Part shown: piece after piece, positions 27,801 through 37,624 of the stretch | Position numbering within the stretch: position 1 is the stretch's first letter | Layout: each line of letters opens with the position of its first letter | From: Campylobacterales bacterium | Lineage (GTDB): Bacteria > Campylobacterota > Campylobacteria > Campylobacterales > Sulfurimonadaceae | Length of the DNA stretch: 64,000 nt | Direction: 5' to 3' | NCBI GenBank assembly: GCA_014859655.1 | Contig: JACUTT010000002.1 | Span: 17,046-81,045 of the forward strand | Position numbers and translations under genes: made by a program | Notes under the pieces: model-generated | The model's input: only the letters and a program-made list of their open reading frames with translations | What the model was told of the DNA's origin: nothing | Databases searched by the model: none

Positions 27801-29054
27801 ATGAATACACAAAACTTAGAAGCGTTTGACCCGGAAGTATTTGGATATTGTGAGCAGGAACTGGAGCGCCAGTCAGAGCATTTGGAAATGATTGCATCAG
27901 AGAACTTCACCCTTCCTGCTGTCATGCAGGCGATGGGTTCTGTGTTTACAAACAAGTATGCCGAGGGCTATCCGGGTAAGCGCTATTACGGCGGATGCGA
28001 GTATGCCGACAAGGTTGAGCAGCTGGCTATAGACAGAGCCTGTGAGCTTTTTAACTGTAGCTACGCCAATGTACAGCCGCACTCAGGCAGCCAGGCAAAC
28101 GGCGCAGTCTATGCCGCACTTTTGCAAGCCGGTGAGAAGATCCTCGGTATGGATCTTAGCCACGGCGGTCACTTGACACACGGCTCGAAGCCAAGCTTTT
28201 CAGGCAAGAACTACTCAAGCTTCACCTATGGTGTCGAGCTTGACGGACGGATTAACTATGAGCGCGTCATGGATATCGCCAAGATCGTTCAGCCAAAGAT
28301 CATCGTTTGCGGCGCTTCAGCCTACGCCAGAGAGATCGACTTCAAAAAATTCCGTGAGATCGCGGACGCAGTAGGCGCCATCCTTTTTGCCGATATCGCG
28401 CATATCGCAGGTCTTGTCTGTGCAGGTGAACACCCTAGCCCCTTCCCTTACGCAGACGTCGTCACAACAACAACGCACAAGACACTTGCCGGTCCTCGCG
28501 GCGGTATGATCATGACCAATGACGAAGAGATCGCCAAGAAGATCAACTCGGCGATCTTCCCTGGTCTTCAGGGCGGTCCGCTTGTCCATGTTATCGCGGC
28601 AAAGGCGGTCGGATTTAAGCACAACCTTTCAGACGAGTGGAAAGCTTATGCCAAACAGGTCAAGATCAACGCCTCCGTACTTGCCGATGTCCTTATCAAA
28701 CGTGGCTACGATGTGGTCAGTGACGGTACCGACAACCACCTGGTTCTCGTCTCTTTCATCAACAAAGAGTTCTCCGGAAAAGACGCCGATGCCGCGCTCG
28801 GAAATGCCGGTATAACGGTCAATAAAAACACCGTTCCGGGCGAGACACGCTCTCCCTTCGTCACCTCGGGTATCCGCGTCGGAAGCCCGGCTCTGACCTC
28901 TCGCGGTATGAAAGAAAAAGAGTTTGAACTTATCGCAAACCGTATGGCGGATGTTCTTGATGACATCAGCAACACACAGGTTCAAGAAAAAGTAAAAAAA
29001 GAGTTGACGGCTTTGGCAAAAGAGTTCATTATATACACACAGCCGACGTACTAA
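27801..29054 (+). CDS. glyA: Serine hydroxymethyltransferase
   Basis: 417 aa. ELIASENF-type motif (MIASENF) and [17 protein letters not shown]-lysine motif. Confidence 0.95.
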   Translation: MNTQNLEAFDPEVFGYCEQELERQSEHLEMIASENFTLPAVMQAMGSVFTNKYAEGYPGKRYYGGCEYADKVEQLAIDRACELFNCSYANVQPHSGSQANGAVYAALLQAGEKILGMDLSHGGHLTHGSKPSFSGKNYSSFTYGVELDGRINYERVMDIAKIVQPKIIVCGASAYAREIDFKKFREIADAVGAILFADIAHIAGLVCAGEHPSPFPYADVVTTTTHKTLAGPRGGMIMTNDEEIAKKINSAIFPGLQGGPLVHVIAAKAVGFKHNLSDEWKAYAKQVKINASVLADVLIKRGYDVVSDGTDNHLVLVSFINKEFSGKDADAALGNAGITVNKNTVPGETRSPFVTSGIRVGSPALTSRGMKEKEFELIANRMADVLDDISNTQVQEKVKKELTALAKEFIIYTQPTY

Positions 29055-29070
29055 CTACTGATATTATACA

Positions 29071-29201
29071 CTTTAGGAACGAAGTCCCTAAAGTGGCGCA
29101 GAGACATTTGTCCCTGCGACCCCCTGAAAGCTGCCCGTATCTTCGGATACGGCAGACAACTGACCTTTCGCCCCTTGTGTCGGCAAAATTAATAAGGTCA
29201 G
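29071..29201 (+). ncRNA. Candidate structured RNA (5' leader of the DUF1882 gene, or a small RNA): four consecutive hairpins
   Basis: Hairpins at 29071-29093 (10 bp, GAA loop), 29097-29118 (9 bp), 29131-29155 (10 bp closing a C(UUCG)G tetraloop) and 29160-29201 (8 bp outer stem). They lie between the glyA stop and the GGAG RBS. No known family recognised. Confidence 0.3.
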
Positions 29202-29223
29202 ATACTAATATGCGGAGATGATA

Positions 29224-29766
29224 ATGACAGCCATGGATCTTAAACTGATAAAAATGGTCTCCGATCATTACTGGATAAAGTCCGACAATGTCGTCGACAA
29301 GATCTCCTACAAGGGGCGTATTTTCTACAATAAATACGAAAGAATCGACAAACCCCTCACCCAGCAGATCATCACCCAGCACCTCAAAGGCGAGACCACA
29401 GTTGCCCACTCTCTTGTCAACAAATTTGACAAGGTCGAAAATATCGTGATCGACTACAACGGACGCGATCCGCAGCGGTTTTACCACAGAGCCCAGCTTC
29501 TGCTTCGTGAAGAGGGCTACATCAACTTCACCGCCTATGAGACAAAAACGCCAGGGCATCTGCACCTTTACATCCACAAGGGGCACACCAGCTTGCAAGA
29601 AGCCTATCAGCTTGCCAAGATGCTCTCCATGAAACTCGCATCAAAGATGCCAAATCAGTGGAGGGTCTTCCCCACCCAGGATCTTCCGCCTGAGTACAAT
29701 ATACTCGACATTCCGCAGGAGGTCTACGCCAAAGAGCGCGGCGCCTCCTGGTCAAAACATATGTAG
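29224..29766 (+). CDS. DUF1882-family protein (conserved in Campylobacterota downstream of glyA)
   Basis: About 180 aa. Position matches the gene after glyA in C. jejuni and H. pylori as recalled. ATG 29224 has better RBS spacing than 29218. Confidence 0.7.
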   Translation: MTAMDLKLIKMVSDHYWIKSDNVVDKISYKGRIFYNKYERIDKPLTQQIITQHLKGETTVAHSLVNKFDKVENIVIDYNGRDPQRFYHRAQLLLREEGYINFTAYETKTPGHLHLYIHKGHTSLQEAYQLAKMLSMKLASKMPNQWRVFPTQDLPPEYNILDIPQEVYAKERGASWSKHM

Positions 29767-29983
29767 TGCACTTTTAAGTTAAAAGCCTGCCTGTAAATAT
29801 CAAAACCGATATCATCCGCTACTCTACCGATCTGATACCGCCCAAACAAAAAATAGCAAAAAAATAGTTTTTGGTTCAGAAGTTTCCCTTTTTATCCATA
29901 ATCTATGTATAATAACACTAATTAAAGCTGGGTATAGAAAATGCTTAGACGTCTTTAACCTGCACTATTCAAAGGAAGTTTCA

Positions 29984-30682
29984 ATGGAAGAGAAGAACGA
30001 ATTAAACGATATTATTCTAAATCGAAGCAATGGCAATAACGGTATGAAAAAGGTCATGCTGGCCGTTGCTTCACTGGCAATACTACTGATTATTGTTGTC
30101 ATTATTATGAGTAGTATCAATTCGGACGGCACAGCCAATCTTCCGCAAGCTGTCGAACCGCCTAAGATTACGCAAAACATATCCCCGCTGGAAGAGGACC
30201 CTCTCTTTGAGCCGGTTGCCGTGGATGAGTTGCCAAGCCAGGAGGAGAGTCTGGATCAGATAGCTAAAAAGATCAAAGAGCAGAGTCAGGAAGTCCAAAG
30301 CGAAACGGAACTCATCTCCGGACCAGGCGAGATGATCGAGGAAGAGCAAACAGAAGTTATTGTTCCTTCAAAATATGAAAAACCGGCTGTAAAAGAGAGT
30401 GAACCTGTAAAAAAAACCGCCAAACCGGCTCCAAGCTCACCAGCGATAAAGGGTGATTATTATATTCAAGTCGGCTCTTTCAGCCGCTATGCTCCGGATA
30501 AGAAGTTCCTTAAAAAGATCACGGAAAGTGGCTACCATTATAAGCTTCATGAGGCCATCGTCAATGGAAAAAGTCTTACAAAAGTGCTTGTCGGACCTTA
30601 CATAAACGACAAGGCTGCGAGGAAGGACCTCTCTGTTATTCGTGCCAATATAGAGTCTGGCGCATTTCTTGCAAGGATATAG
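29984..30682 (+). CDS. SPOR-domain membrane protein
   Basis: N-terminal TM, an acidic/proline linker, and a C-terminal SPOR-like GDYYIQVGSFSRY...VLVGPY...A. Confidence 0.8.
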   Translation: MEEKNELNDIILNRSNGNNGMKKVMLAVASLAILLIIVVIIMSSINSDGTANLPQAVEPPKITQNISPLEEDPLFEPVAVDELPSQEESLDQIAKKIKEQSQEVQSETELISGPGEMIEEEQTEVIVPSKYEKPAVKESEPVKKTAKPAPSSPAIKGDYYIQVGSFSRYAPDKKFLKKITESGYHYKLHEAIVNGKSLTKVLVGPYINDKAARKDLSVIRANIESGAFLARI

Positions 30683-30685
30683 TTT

Positions 30686-32101
30686 TTGGTACACTCATCT
30701 CAATTCACCCTTGATCAATTTGCACCCATTGCGGTCTATCACAAACTAAAATCCCATTTCAAAGATGAGATCTCCTTTCTCTTTGAAAGTGCTGGAAACA
30801 GTGAGGGCAACTACAGTTTTATCATTATCGGGGCACAAGAACGCCTCAGTTTCAAAGACAATATCACCCGCTATACAAATGCTTCTTCACAGAACAGAGT
30901 CTTAGACGAACACCCCTTTGCATTTTTGAAATCCTACTACGCAAAGATCGATCAAGCCGCATACCGGGCCAAAACCAATGAGCTTGGGATTGGCTATATC
31001 GACGGATTTATAGGCTATGTCGGCTATGACATGGTCAAAGTCTTTGAGCCTGTCTTGCAGTCGACTATGGACAGCTTAAAGGATGAATTAAATACGCCTG
31101 ACCTTGATCTTATCCGTCCAAAACTCATCGTCGTCTATTCGCACAAGACACACAAGCTCAGTCTCGTCACCTCGATGCAGAGCATGGCAGAAAACTTTGA
31201 AAAGATCGAAAAAGATCTTAAGTCGACCTATGAGTATATTCCCCTCAAAATTGCTTCCGCACAGACACAGGGCAGCTACGCTTTCGACAAAGAGAAGTTC
31301 TTTGAGATGGTCGCGCAGTCAAAAGAGATGATCAAAAGCGGCGATGTTTTTCAGATCCTTATGTCCAACCGCTACACCGAGTTGGCCCAGGTCGATCCTT
31401 TTAGTTTTTATCGTGTCCTGCGCACTAAAAACCCCTCTCCCTATATGTTTCTGCTCGAATTTGAAGAATTTTCTATTGTCGGCAGCTCACCCGAGGTGAT
31501 GGTGCGTCTTCAAGACAGAGAGCTCCTGCTTCGTCCTATAGCCGGGACCAGAAAACGCGGCCTGACACTGGCAAAAGACATCGAGATGGAAGAAGAGCTG
31601 CTGAGTGATCCAAAAGAGCGTGCTGAGCACCTTATGCTGATCGATCTGGGGCGCAATGATGTCAGCCGCGTCGCCAAGACAGGAAGCGTCAAAGTGCATG
31701 ATATGATGCATGTTGAACGCTACTCGCATGTGATGCACATGGTCACGGATGTTATTGCCGAGCTTGACGAGGGCAAAGATATGTTCGATCTCTTTGCGGC
31801 CACCTTTACCGCAGGGACGATGACCGGTGCGCCAAAGATCCGTGCAATGCAGCTTATCGCGCAGTATGAAGGGCTCAAGCGTGGTTTTTATTCCGGTGCT
31901 ATCGGCTACTTCGGTTTTGACGGAAACATGGACTCGGCCATCACGATCCGCACGGCCCTGCTCAAAAAAGACCGCATCATCTTTCAAGCCGGCGCGGGAG
32001 TTGTTGCGGATTCAGTGCCTGAACTTGAGTATCTTGAGGTAAAGAACAAGCTTGGCGCCCTGCTCAGCTCTTTGGATGATCTCAAGCGCACTATCGTCTA
32101 A
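30686..32101 (+). CDS. trpE: Anthranilate synthase component I family (TrpE-type chorismate-utilising enzyme)
   Basis: 471 aa. LFESAGNSEGNYS (LLES...S-type motif), PIAGT (Ala, not the PabB Lys), LIDLGRND and GAIGYF motifs. No glutamine amidotransferase partner is adjacent. Confidence 0.75.
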   Translation: MVHSSQFTLDQFAPIAVYHKLKSHFKDEISFLFESAGNSEGNYSFIIIGAQERLSFKDNITRYTNASSQNRVLDEHPFAFLKSYYAKIDQAAYRAKTNELGIGYIDGFIGYVGYDMVKVFEPVLQSTMDSLKDELNTPDLDLIRPKLIVVYSHKTHKLSLVTSMQSMAENFEKIEKDLKSTYEYIPLKIASAQTQGSYAFDKEKFFEMVAQSKEMIKSGDVFQILMSNRYTELAQVDPFSFYRVLRTKNPSPYMFLLEFEEFSIVGSSPEVMVRLQDRELLLRPIAGTRKRGLTLAKDIEMEEELLSDPKERAEHLMLIDLGRNDVSRVAKTGSVKVHDMMHVERYSHVMHMVTDVIAELDEGKDMFDLFAATFTAGTMTGAPKIRAMQLIAQYEGLKRGFYSGAIGYFGFDGNMDSAITIRTALLKKDRIIFQAGAGVVADSVPELEYLEVKNKLGALLSSLDDLKRTIV

Positions 32102-32107
32102 ATAAGG

Positions 32108-33046
32108 CTAGCTTGCTTTCGTGTACAGAACAAAAGAGCGCATCGGCTTGATCTCCTCTTTTTCCTCATCCCTGAGACGAAACTCTTTGACCACAATGGC
32201 GTAGCTTTGGTTCAGATCCGACTTAAGACATTTGAGATCAAATCTATTCAGATGCAAGATAGCGTAATCATACAGCCCCTTCATCTTTTTCATCTGCAGA
32301 TCACCCAGGTCCAGAAGTTCGCCGATACGCATTTTTAGCTCCTCGTTCATCTGCGTGTTAGACTGAAATGAAGCGCTGTTATCCACTCCGTTCGCATGCA
32401 GAAAATGCACATAAAAGTAGTAGCTCAAGGCTTCAGCAAAACGCTGTTCGCTCCGCATCAGTTCAGCCTGGTAAAAGACAAAGGCGCTGTAGAGCCGATA
32501 GTGTCCCGCGGAGAGTGAGTTTTTTGCATAAGCGCCCAGCAAAGCGTGCATCACCTCGCTCTCTTGCAGGTTTTTCTTACCCTCTTTGAGAAGTTTTTTC
32601 TGAATATATTCATACTCGTGCGCCAAGAATAACTTGAATCTCTTGATATCGCTCACCACCTTCCATTGCAGGTCAAACTGCTTTTTTTGCTCTGTCATAA
32701 AGGCTGCCGTACCCAGGTCCTGCACTCTTTTTTGTACTAGAAATATCTTTTTGCACTGGGTGCATTTTGTTTCTCTCATCTGCAGTGAACGGTGTTCATT
32801 CCCGCAATAGGGGCACTTTTGATTGAGGTTTCCGAGTTTTTGAAATCTATCTCTTAATTTTTTTTCATACACCATTACAATCTGTCTGTCTACAACACTC
32901 TTTTTTTGCTGAAGAGCTTTTTGCACCTGTTCACACAGTGCCTCACCTGCATCTTTCATCGCACTGACATCTCTTTTTTCTATCTCGAGAGAAATGCCTT
33001 CTGTTGTTTTTGGCCCAAACCATGAAAAATATTCAAACATCTTCAT
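32108..33046 (-). CDS. Hypothetical protein with CxxC-x16-CxxC zinc ribbon and a helical C-terminal domain
   Basis: I prefer the start at MKMFEYF (33046) because a strong AAGGAG RBS sits upstream. CPYCGNEHRSLQMRETKCTQCKK zinc ribbon. No family recognised. Confidence 0.6.
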   Translation of the reverse strand: MKMFEYFSWFGPKTTEGISLEIEKRDVSAMKDAGEALCEQVQKALQQKKSVVDRQIVMVYEKKLRDRFQKLGNLNQKCPYCGNEHRSLQMRETKCTQCKKIFLVQKRVQDLGTAAFMTEQKKQFDLQWKVVSDIKRFKLFLAHEYEYIQKKLLKEGKKNLQESEVMHALLGAYAKNSLSAGHYRLYSAFVFYQAELMRSEQRFAEALSYYFYVHFLHANGVDNSASFQSNTQMNEELKMRIGELLDLGDLQMKKMKGLYDYAILHLNRFDLKCLKSDLNQSYAIVVKEFRLRDEEKEEIKPMRSFVLYTKAS

Positions 33047-33110
33047 CTTCAACTCCTTCTCATTTATCCGCCATTCGCAAACAGAAGGTAAAGCCAATGA
33101 AAAGTAAAGA

Positions 33111-33119
33111 TGTTATAAT
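33111..33119 (+). promoter_or_regulatory. Possible extended -10 element (TGTTATAAT) for aroE
   Basis: TGnTATAAT match 25 nt upstream of the preferred aroE ATG. Confidence 0.3.
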
Positions 33120-33144
33120 CCAAAATAAATTTGAAAGAGAGCGT

Positions 33145-33942
33145 ATGGAAAAACAGCTTTTTGCTATTTTTGGCAATCCCGTTCAGCACTCCCGTTCGCC
33201 CCTGATGCACAACCATGTCTTCAAAAAGCTCCATTTCAGCGGCTGCTATAGCCGCATCCTGCTTCAAGACGGAAGCCGTCTCAAAGAGAGCTTCTTTGCA
33301 CACAGACTAAGTGGAGCCAATATTACCGTACCGCACAAAGAGGCGGCATTCAAGGCCTGTGATGAAGTGCGCGGATTTGCAAAAGAGATCGGCGTTGTCA
33401 ATACCCTCATCAACGAGAAGGGACGTCTCATCGGCTACAACACGGATGCAGACGGATTTTTGTTTGCTGTAAAAGAGTTTGATGCGCTCAAGGATATCTT
33501 GATCATCGGTGCCGGTGGAACGGCCAAAGCCCTGGCTAGAAAGTTTAAAGCGGAAGGGTATGAGGTGCATGTACTAAACCGCTCTGCACCAAATCTCATC
33601 TATTTCAAGGAGGCCGGATTTGAGACATATACCTGGGAAACATGCCCCATAAGTGCCTATGATCTTATCGTCAACACCACTTCTGCGGGTCTAAGCGATG
33701 ATGCCCTCCCCGCCCCCTTGGCCCTGTTGGAACCTCTACTAAAAAAGAGCCGTTACGGTGCGGATGTGATCTATGGGAAAGAGACGCCATTTCTAAGGCT
33801 CTGCAAGCAAAAGCAGCTCACTTGCAAAGACGGTGCCGATATGCTGCTGGGACAAGGCGTCCTTGCCAATGCCTATTTTACAGATGGAAAGTACACTCTA
33901 GAAGAGATACAAAGGGCGATGAAAGAGAGCTTTCTGTTTTAA
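33145..33942 (+). CDS. aroE: Shikimate dehydrogenase
   Basis: MEKQLFAIFGNPVQHSRSPLMHN is a typical AroE N-terminus. NITVPHK and GAGGTAKA NADP motifs are present. The track start at 33004 overlaps the divergent gene and is unlikely. Confidence 0.9.
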   Translation: MEKQLFAIFGNPVQHSRSPLMHNHVFKKLHFSGCYSRILLQDGSRLKESFFAHRLSGANITVPHKEAAFKACDEVRGFAKEIGVVNTLINEKGRLIGYNTDADGFLFAVKEFDALKDILIIGAGGTAKALARKFKAEGYEVHVLNRSAPNLIYFKEAGFETYTWETCPISAYDLIVNTTSAGLSDDALPAPLALLEPLLKKSRYGADVIYGKETPFLRLCKQKQLTCKDGADMLLGQGVLANAYFTDGKYTLEEIQRAMKESFLF

Positions 33943-33949
33943 AGGGTCT

Positions 33950-34519
33950 TTACATCTTTACACGGTCTTCTATTGCGCGGCTTAAAGAGAGGATATCGAT
34001 ATTTTCCAGGCTCACTCCGGTCGGAACTCCCTGAGCAATGCGCGTGAAGTTGACGCTGCACAGACTCAGCTTGTCTTCTATAAAGAGCATCACCGCATCA
34101 TTCGCGATCGATGGCGTCAGCGCGAAAAGGATCTCATTTACCCCTGAATTAACCATGTCAACCAGATGTGCGGCATTGAAATGGTCCAGGTTTTCTAAGA
34201 CAAAATAGCGTCCGTTAAAGGCTCCGCCATCTTCTATTGTCAAGATATCTTTGGCATTTTCCACAATACACAAGATCTCTCTTTCGCGTCCCTCATCCGA
34301 GCAGATACCGCAGAGTTCATCCTCGCACAAGCCGCCGCATTCGGTGCATTTACGCAGACATCCCAGGGCGTTCTCGATGGCATGGGCTATCTTCATTGCC
34401 GCGAAATTGTCCTGCATCACCATATGATAGGCCAGCCGTGTAGCCGATTTTTTGCCTATTGTCGGCAGCAATTCTAGCGATTCTACTAAAATATTAAACT
34501 TTTCTAATCCGTATTTCAT
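33950..34519 (-). CDS. recR: Recombination protein RecR
   Basis: 189 aa with a helix-hairpin-helix N-terminus, a C4 zinc finger (CxxCxxxxxxxxxxxxCxxC) and a Toprim domain. Confidence 0.9.
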   Translation of the reverse strand: MKYGLEKFNILVESLELLPTIGKKSATRLAYHMVMQDNFAAMKIAHAIENALGCLRKCTECGGLCEDELCGICSDEGREREILCIVENAKDILTIEDGGAFNGRYFVLENLDHFNAAHLVDMVNSGVNEILFALTPSIANDAVMLFIEDKLSLCSVNFTRIAQGVPTGVSLENIDILSLSRAIEDRVKM

Positions 34520-34636
34520 AGGCGTTATTCTATCTTCTGCTTGCTTTGAATGAGATAATCATTTCATCTCAAAAATCTCACCTGTAACTTTTTCTGATAT
34601 ACCTGCATCTGAGCATTATGTTATCTCGCCAAATGT

Positions 34637-34645
34637 TGGTATAAT
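34637..34645 (+). promoter_or_regulatory. Possible extended -10 element (TGGTATAAT) for dnaJ
   Basis: TGnTATAAT 32 nt upstream of the dnaJ ATG, in the recR/dnaJ divergent intergenic region. Confidence 0.35.
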
Positions 34646-34677
34646 TTCAAAAAAATTACCATTTTGAGGGCAATAAC

Positions 34678-35793
34678 ATGGACAAATTAAGCTATTACGA
34701 AATTTTAGAGATCACACGATCGGCCGACAAGGCAGAGATTAAAAAAGCCTACAGACAGATGGCCAAGAAGTATCACCCCGACAAAAATCCGGGTGATGAA
34801 AAAGCGGAACACCACTTCAAGCTCTGCAACGAGGCCTACCAGGTTTTAAGTGACGATAGACAGCGAAGCATCTATGACCAGTACGGAAAAGAGGGACTTC
34901 AAGGTGGCGGAGGACGCGGCGGATTTAGCGGCGGATTTGACGATCTTAGTTCCGTTTTTGAAGAGATGTTTGGCGGCTTTGGCGGCGGTGGTCAGCGCAA
35001 GCGCACCTCCCAGGAGAAGTATCCACTTGACCTGGGTCTGAAGATGAACATCAGCTTCAAAGAGGCCGTCTTCGGCTGCGAAAAAGAGCTTGATTTCAAA
35101 TACAAAGATTCGTGCAGCTCCTGCAAGGGCACCGGAGCCAAGGATGGAAAAGTTAAGACCTGTTCTCAGTGCGGCGGCAAGGGGCAAGTCTATATGAAGC
35201 AGGGCTTCATGACCTTCTCTCAGACCTGTCCGCTTTGTCACGGCGAGGGAACACAGGTTGCCGAGAAGTGCGGCGACTGCAAGGGTCAAGGTTTCAGCGA
35301 GGTCAAGGAGACAGTAACGATCAAAGTTCCCGCAGGTATCGACAATGAAAACCGTCTGCGCGTTTCAGGGCACGGGAACAAGGGAAAAAACGGTTCGCGC
35401 GGCGATCTTTATGTGACCTTCAGTGTTGAAGAAGATGAGACCTTTATCCGTCACGGAAACGATATCTATATCGAAGTGCCTGTCTTCTTTACGCAGGCGG
35501 TTCTGGGCGAAAAGATCAAAATTCCTTCGCTTACGGGTGAACTTGACCTCAATCTCACTCAGGGCACCAAGCACAAGGCACAGTTCAACTTCAGAAATGA
35601 GGGAGTTAGCGATGTGCACGGGCACGGAAAAGGCGACCTTATAGCCCAGATCAACCTTGTCTACCCCAATGCCCTCAACAGCGAACAGCGCGAGCTTCTT
35701 GAGAAACTTCAGGAGTCTTTCGGCATCGAATCAAAACCGCATGAGAGCAGTTTTGAGTCTGTCTTCGACAAGGTAAAGGGCTGGTTTAAATAG
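34678..35793 (+). CDS. dnaJ: Chaperone DnaJ
   Basis: J domain with HPD, a G/F-rich region and four CxxCxGxG zinc repeats. Confidence 0.95.
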   Translation: MDKLSYYEILEITRSADKAEIKKAYRQMAKKYHPDKNPGDEKAEHHFKLCNEAYQVLSDDRQRSIYDQYGKEGLQGGGGRGGFSGGFDDLSSVFEEMFGGFGGGGQRKRTSQEKYPLDLGLKMNISFKEAVFGCEKELDFKYKDSCSSCKGTGAKDGKVKTCSQCGGKGQVYMKQGFMTFSQTCPLCHGEGTQVAEKCGDCKGQGFSEVKETVTIKVPAGIDNENRLRVSGHGNKGKNGSRGDLYVTFSVEEDETFIRHGNDIYIEVPVFFTQAVLGEKIKIPSLTGELDLNLTQGTKHKAQFNFRNEGVSDVHGHGKGDLIAQINLVYPNALNSEQRELLEKLQESFGIESKPHESSFESVFDKVKGWFK

Positions 35794-35896
35794 TCAAGGT
35801 TTTTACGCCACTGCGCCTTTCTTTATAAAAAACATACCATTATATGCACTATCGGCTTAGGCAGTTGTCTTGACGATATACCCACTGCATGCACAG

Positions 35897-35932
35897 GGCC
35901 TCCTTAAGGACTGTTGAGGAGGCCGTCTTTTT
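35897..35932 (+). terminator. Intrinsic terminator downstream of dnaJ
   Basis: GGCCTCCT...AGGAGGCC stem followed by GTCTTTTT. Confidence 0.55.
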
Positions 35933-36294
35933 GGCTTCTGTCCCATCGATCTTATAAGCCAGCCCATTTCGTTGGGTCTGCTTGCCACTTCGTTGATCGA
36001 AGCGACAGAGCTGCAACGGCCTACGCGCCTTATCTTCACATCGACAGCACGCTCCAGCACCCTCACGGCGGTTTCGTTTTTTGTATAGCGCACACTGATA
36101 TTTTCATTCTCTATCAAACCGGCACAGTCTATGCTCAAGAGAAAAACGGAGTCTGCAACCAGATTATAGGCGCAGAGTAAAAGCAGTAGATAGGCTTATC
36201 TGTTCTCCTTGGATAAATCAGAATAATTGGCAGGCATACACTAAAGGAGGGGAAATCATAGGGCATTCACGGGCCGTAGCCCGCATGGAGACAC

Positions 36295-37620
36295 TTATCC
36301 GAATATAGAAATCATAACACCGGCCGCAACCGCTGAACCGATAACACCGGCTACATTTGGACCCATGGCATGCATTAGCAGCATGTTACTACGGTCGAAC
36401 TCAATGCCGACCTTGTTGGAGACGCGCGCTGCCATTGGCACAGCAGATACGCCTGCAGAACCGATAAGCGGATTGATCTTTTCACCCGGAAAGAGGTTCA
36501 TAATCTTTGCCATGATAACACCTGAGGCTGTTCCCGCTGAGAAGGCAAGAAGGCCAAGGATCAAGATCGCCAGGGTATCCACCACGAGAAACTGGTCGGC
36601 CGCAAGTTTTGAACCGACCCCGAGACCCAAAAATATCGTTACGATATTGATCAGTGAGTTTTGCAAGGTGTCATTAAGACGCTCAACCACACCCGACTCT
36701 TTCAGAAAGTTTCCGAACATAAAAGCACCGATCAGTGGCGTTGATGCCGGCAGGATCATAATCGCCAGACTCAGTACCATAATAGGAAAAACTAGCTTTT
36801 CAAGACGGCTGACATGACGTCGTGTCACCATCTTGATCTTGCGCTCTTTCTGCGTTGTCAACGCGCGCATGATCGGAGGCTGGATGATCGGGACAAGAGC
36901 CATGTAGGAGTAGGAAGCTACGGCGATTGCACCCAAAAGCTCAGGCGCAAGTTTCGTCGCAATAAAGATCGATGTCGGACCGTCTGCGCCGCCGATGATA
37001 GAGATCGCAGAGGCCTGCTGCAGGGTAAAGTCAAATATATTGGTGTATTGAGAAAGCGCAACCGCGCCCACCAGGGTACCAAATATACCAAACTGCGCCG
37101 CGCCGCCAAGAAGTGCCGTCTTGGGATTGGACAAAAGCGGACCAAAATCCGTCATCGCACCGACGCCCATAAAAATGAGAATAGGGAACATCTCGTTGGC
37201 AAGACCCATGTTGTAAATCACACCCAAAAATCCGTGCACTCCGGCTATATTTGCCACCGGGATATTGGCCAAAAGTCCACCAAAGGCTATCGGCAAGAGA
37301 AGAAGCGGCTCATATCCCTTAGCGATGGCAAGATAAAAGAGCAAGAATGTCACAAGGATCATCAACACACGGCCCCATGACTTGTGGAAGTCACTCATCT
37401 GCTCCCCGTGGCTGCTCAGCTCATTCGGATCAGGATAGAGTATGGCGTAGATACCTGTTGACTTCGCAAAACCTTGAATCATCTCGCCCATGCTTTGGGC
37501 TTTATAAGTCTCATCTTTATGCGAGCTTGCCGCCTCATGAACAGGCTCTGCTTCGGGTGAGGCAAAGGCAGCAAAAGCCAAGAGTGCCAGTAATAAAAAC
37601 TTGATGGTTAAAAACTTCAT
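36295..37620 (-). CDS. oadB: Na+-translocating oxaloacetate decarboxylase beta subunit
   Basis: 441 aa polytopic membrane protein of the OadB/GcdB/MmdB family, downstream of a carboxyltransferase-biotinyl subunit. Confidence 0.9.
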   Translation of the reverse strand: MKFLTIKFLLLALLAFAAFASPEAEPVHEAASSHKDETYKAQSMGEMIQGFAKSTGIYAILYPDPNELSSHGEQMSDFHKSWGRVLMILVTFLLFYLAIAKGYEPLLLLPIAFGGLLANIPVANIAGVHGFLGVIYNMGLANEMFPILIFMGVGAMTDFGPLLSNPKTALLGGAAQFGIFGTLVGAVALSQYTNIFDFTLQQASAISIIGGADGPTSIFIATKLAPELLGAIAVASYSYMALVPIIQPPIMRALTTQKERKIKMVTRRHVSRLEKLVFPIMVLSLAIMILPASTPLIGAFMFGNFLKESGVVERLNDTLQNSLINIVTIFLGLGVGSKLAADQFLVVDTLAILILGLLAFSAGTASGVIMAKIMNLFPGEKINPLIGSAGVSAVPMAARVSNKVGIEFDRSNMLLMHAMGPNVAGVIGSAVAAGVMISIFG

Positions 37621-37624
37621 TCGC

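Noticed and set aside
29055-29217. A known riboswitch (glycine, THF, ZTP, c-di-GMP, fluoride, preQ1) or SRP/6S RNA downstream of glyA
   Set aside because: None of the conserved core sequences that I can recall for these families is present. It is reported only as an unclassified structured-RNA candidate.
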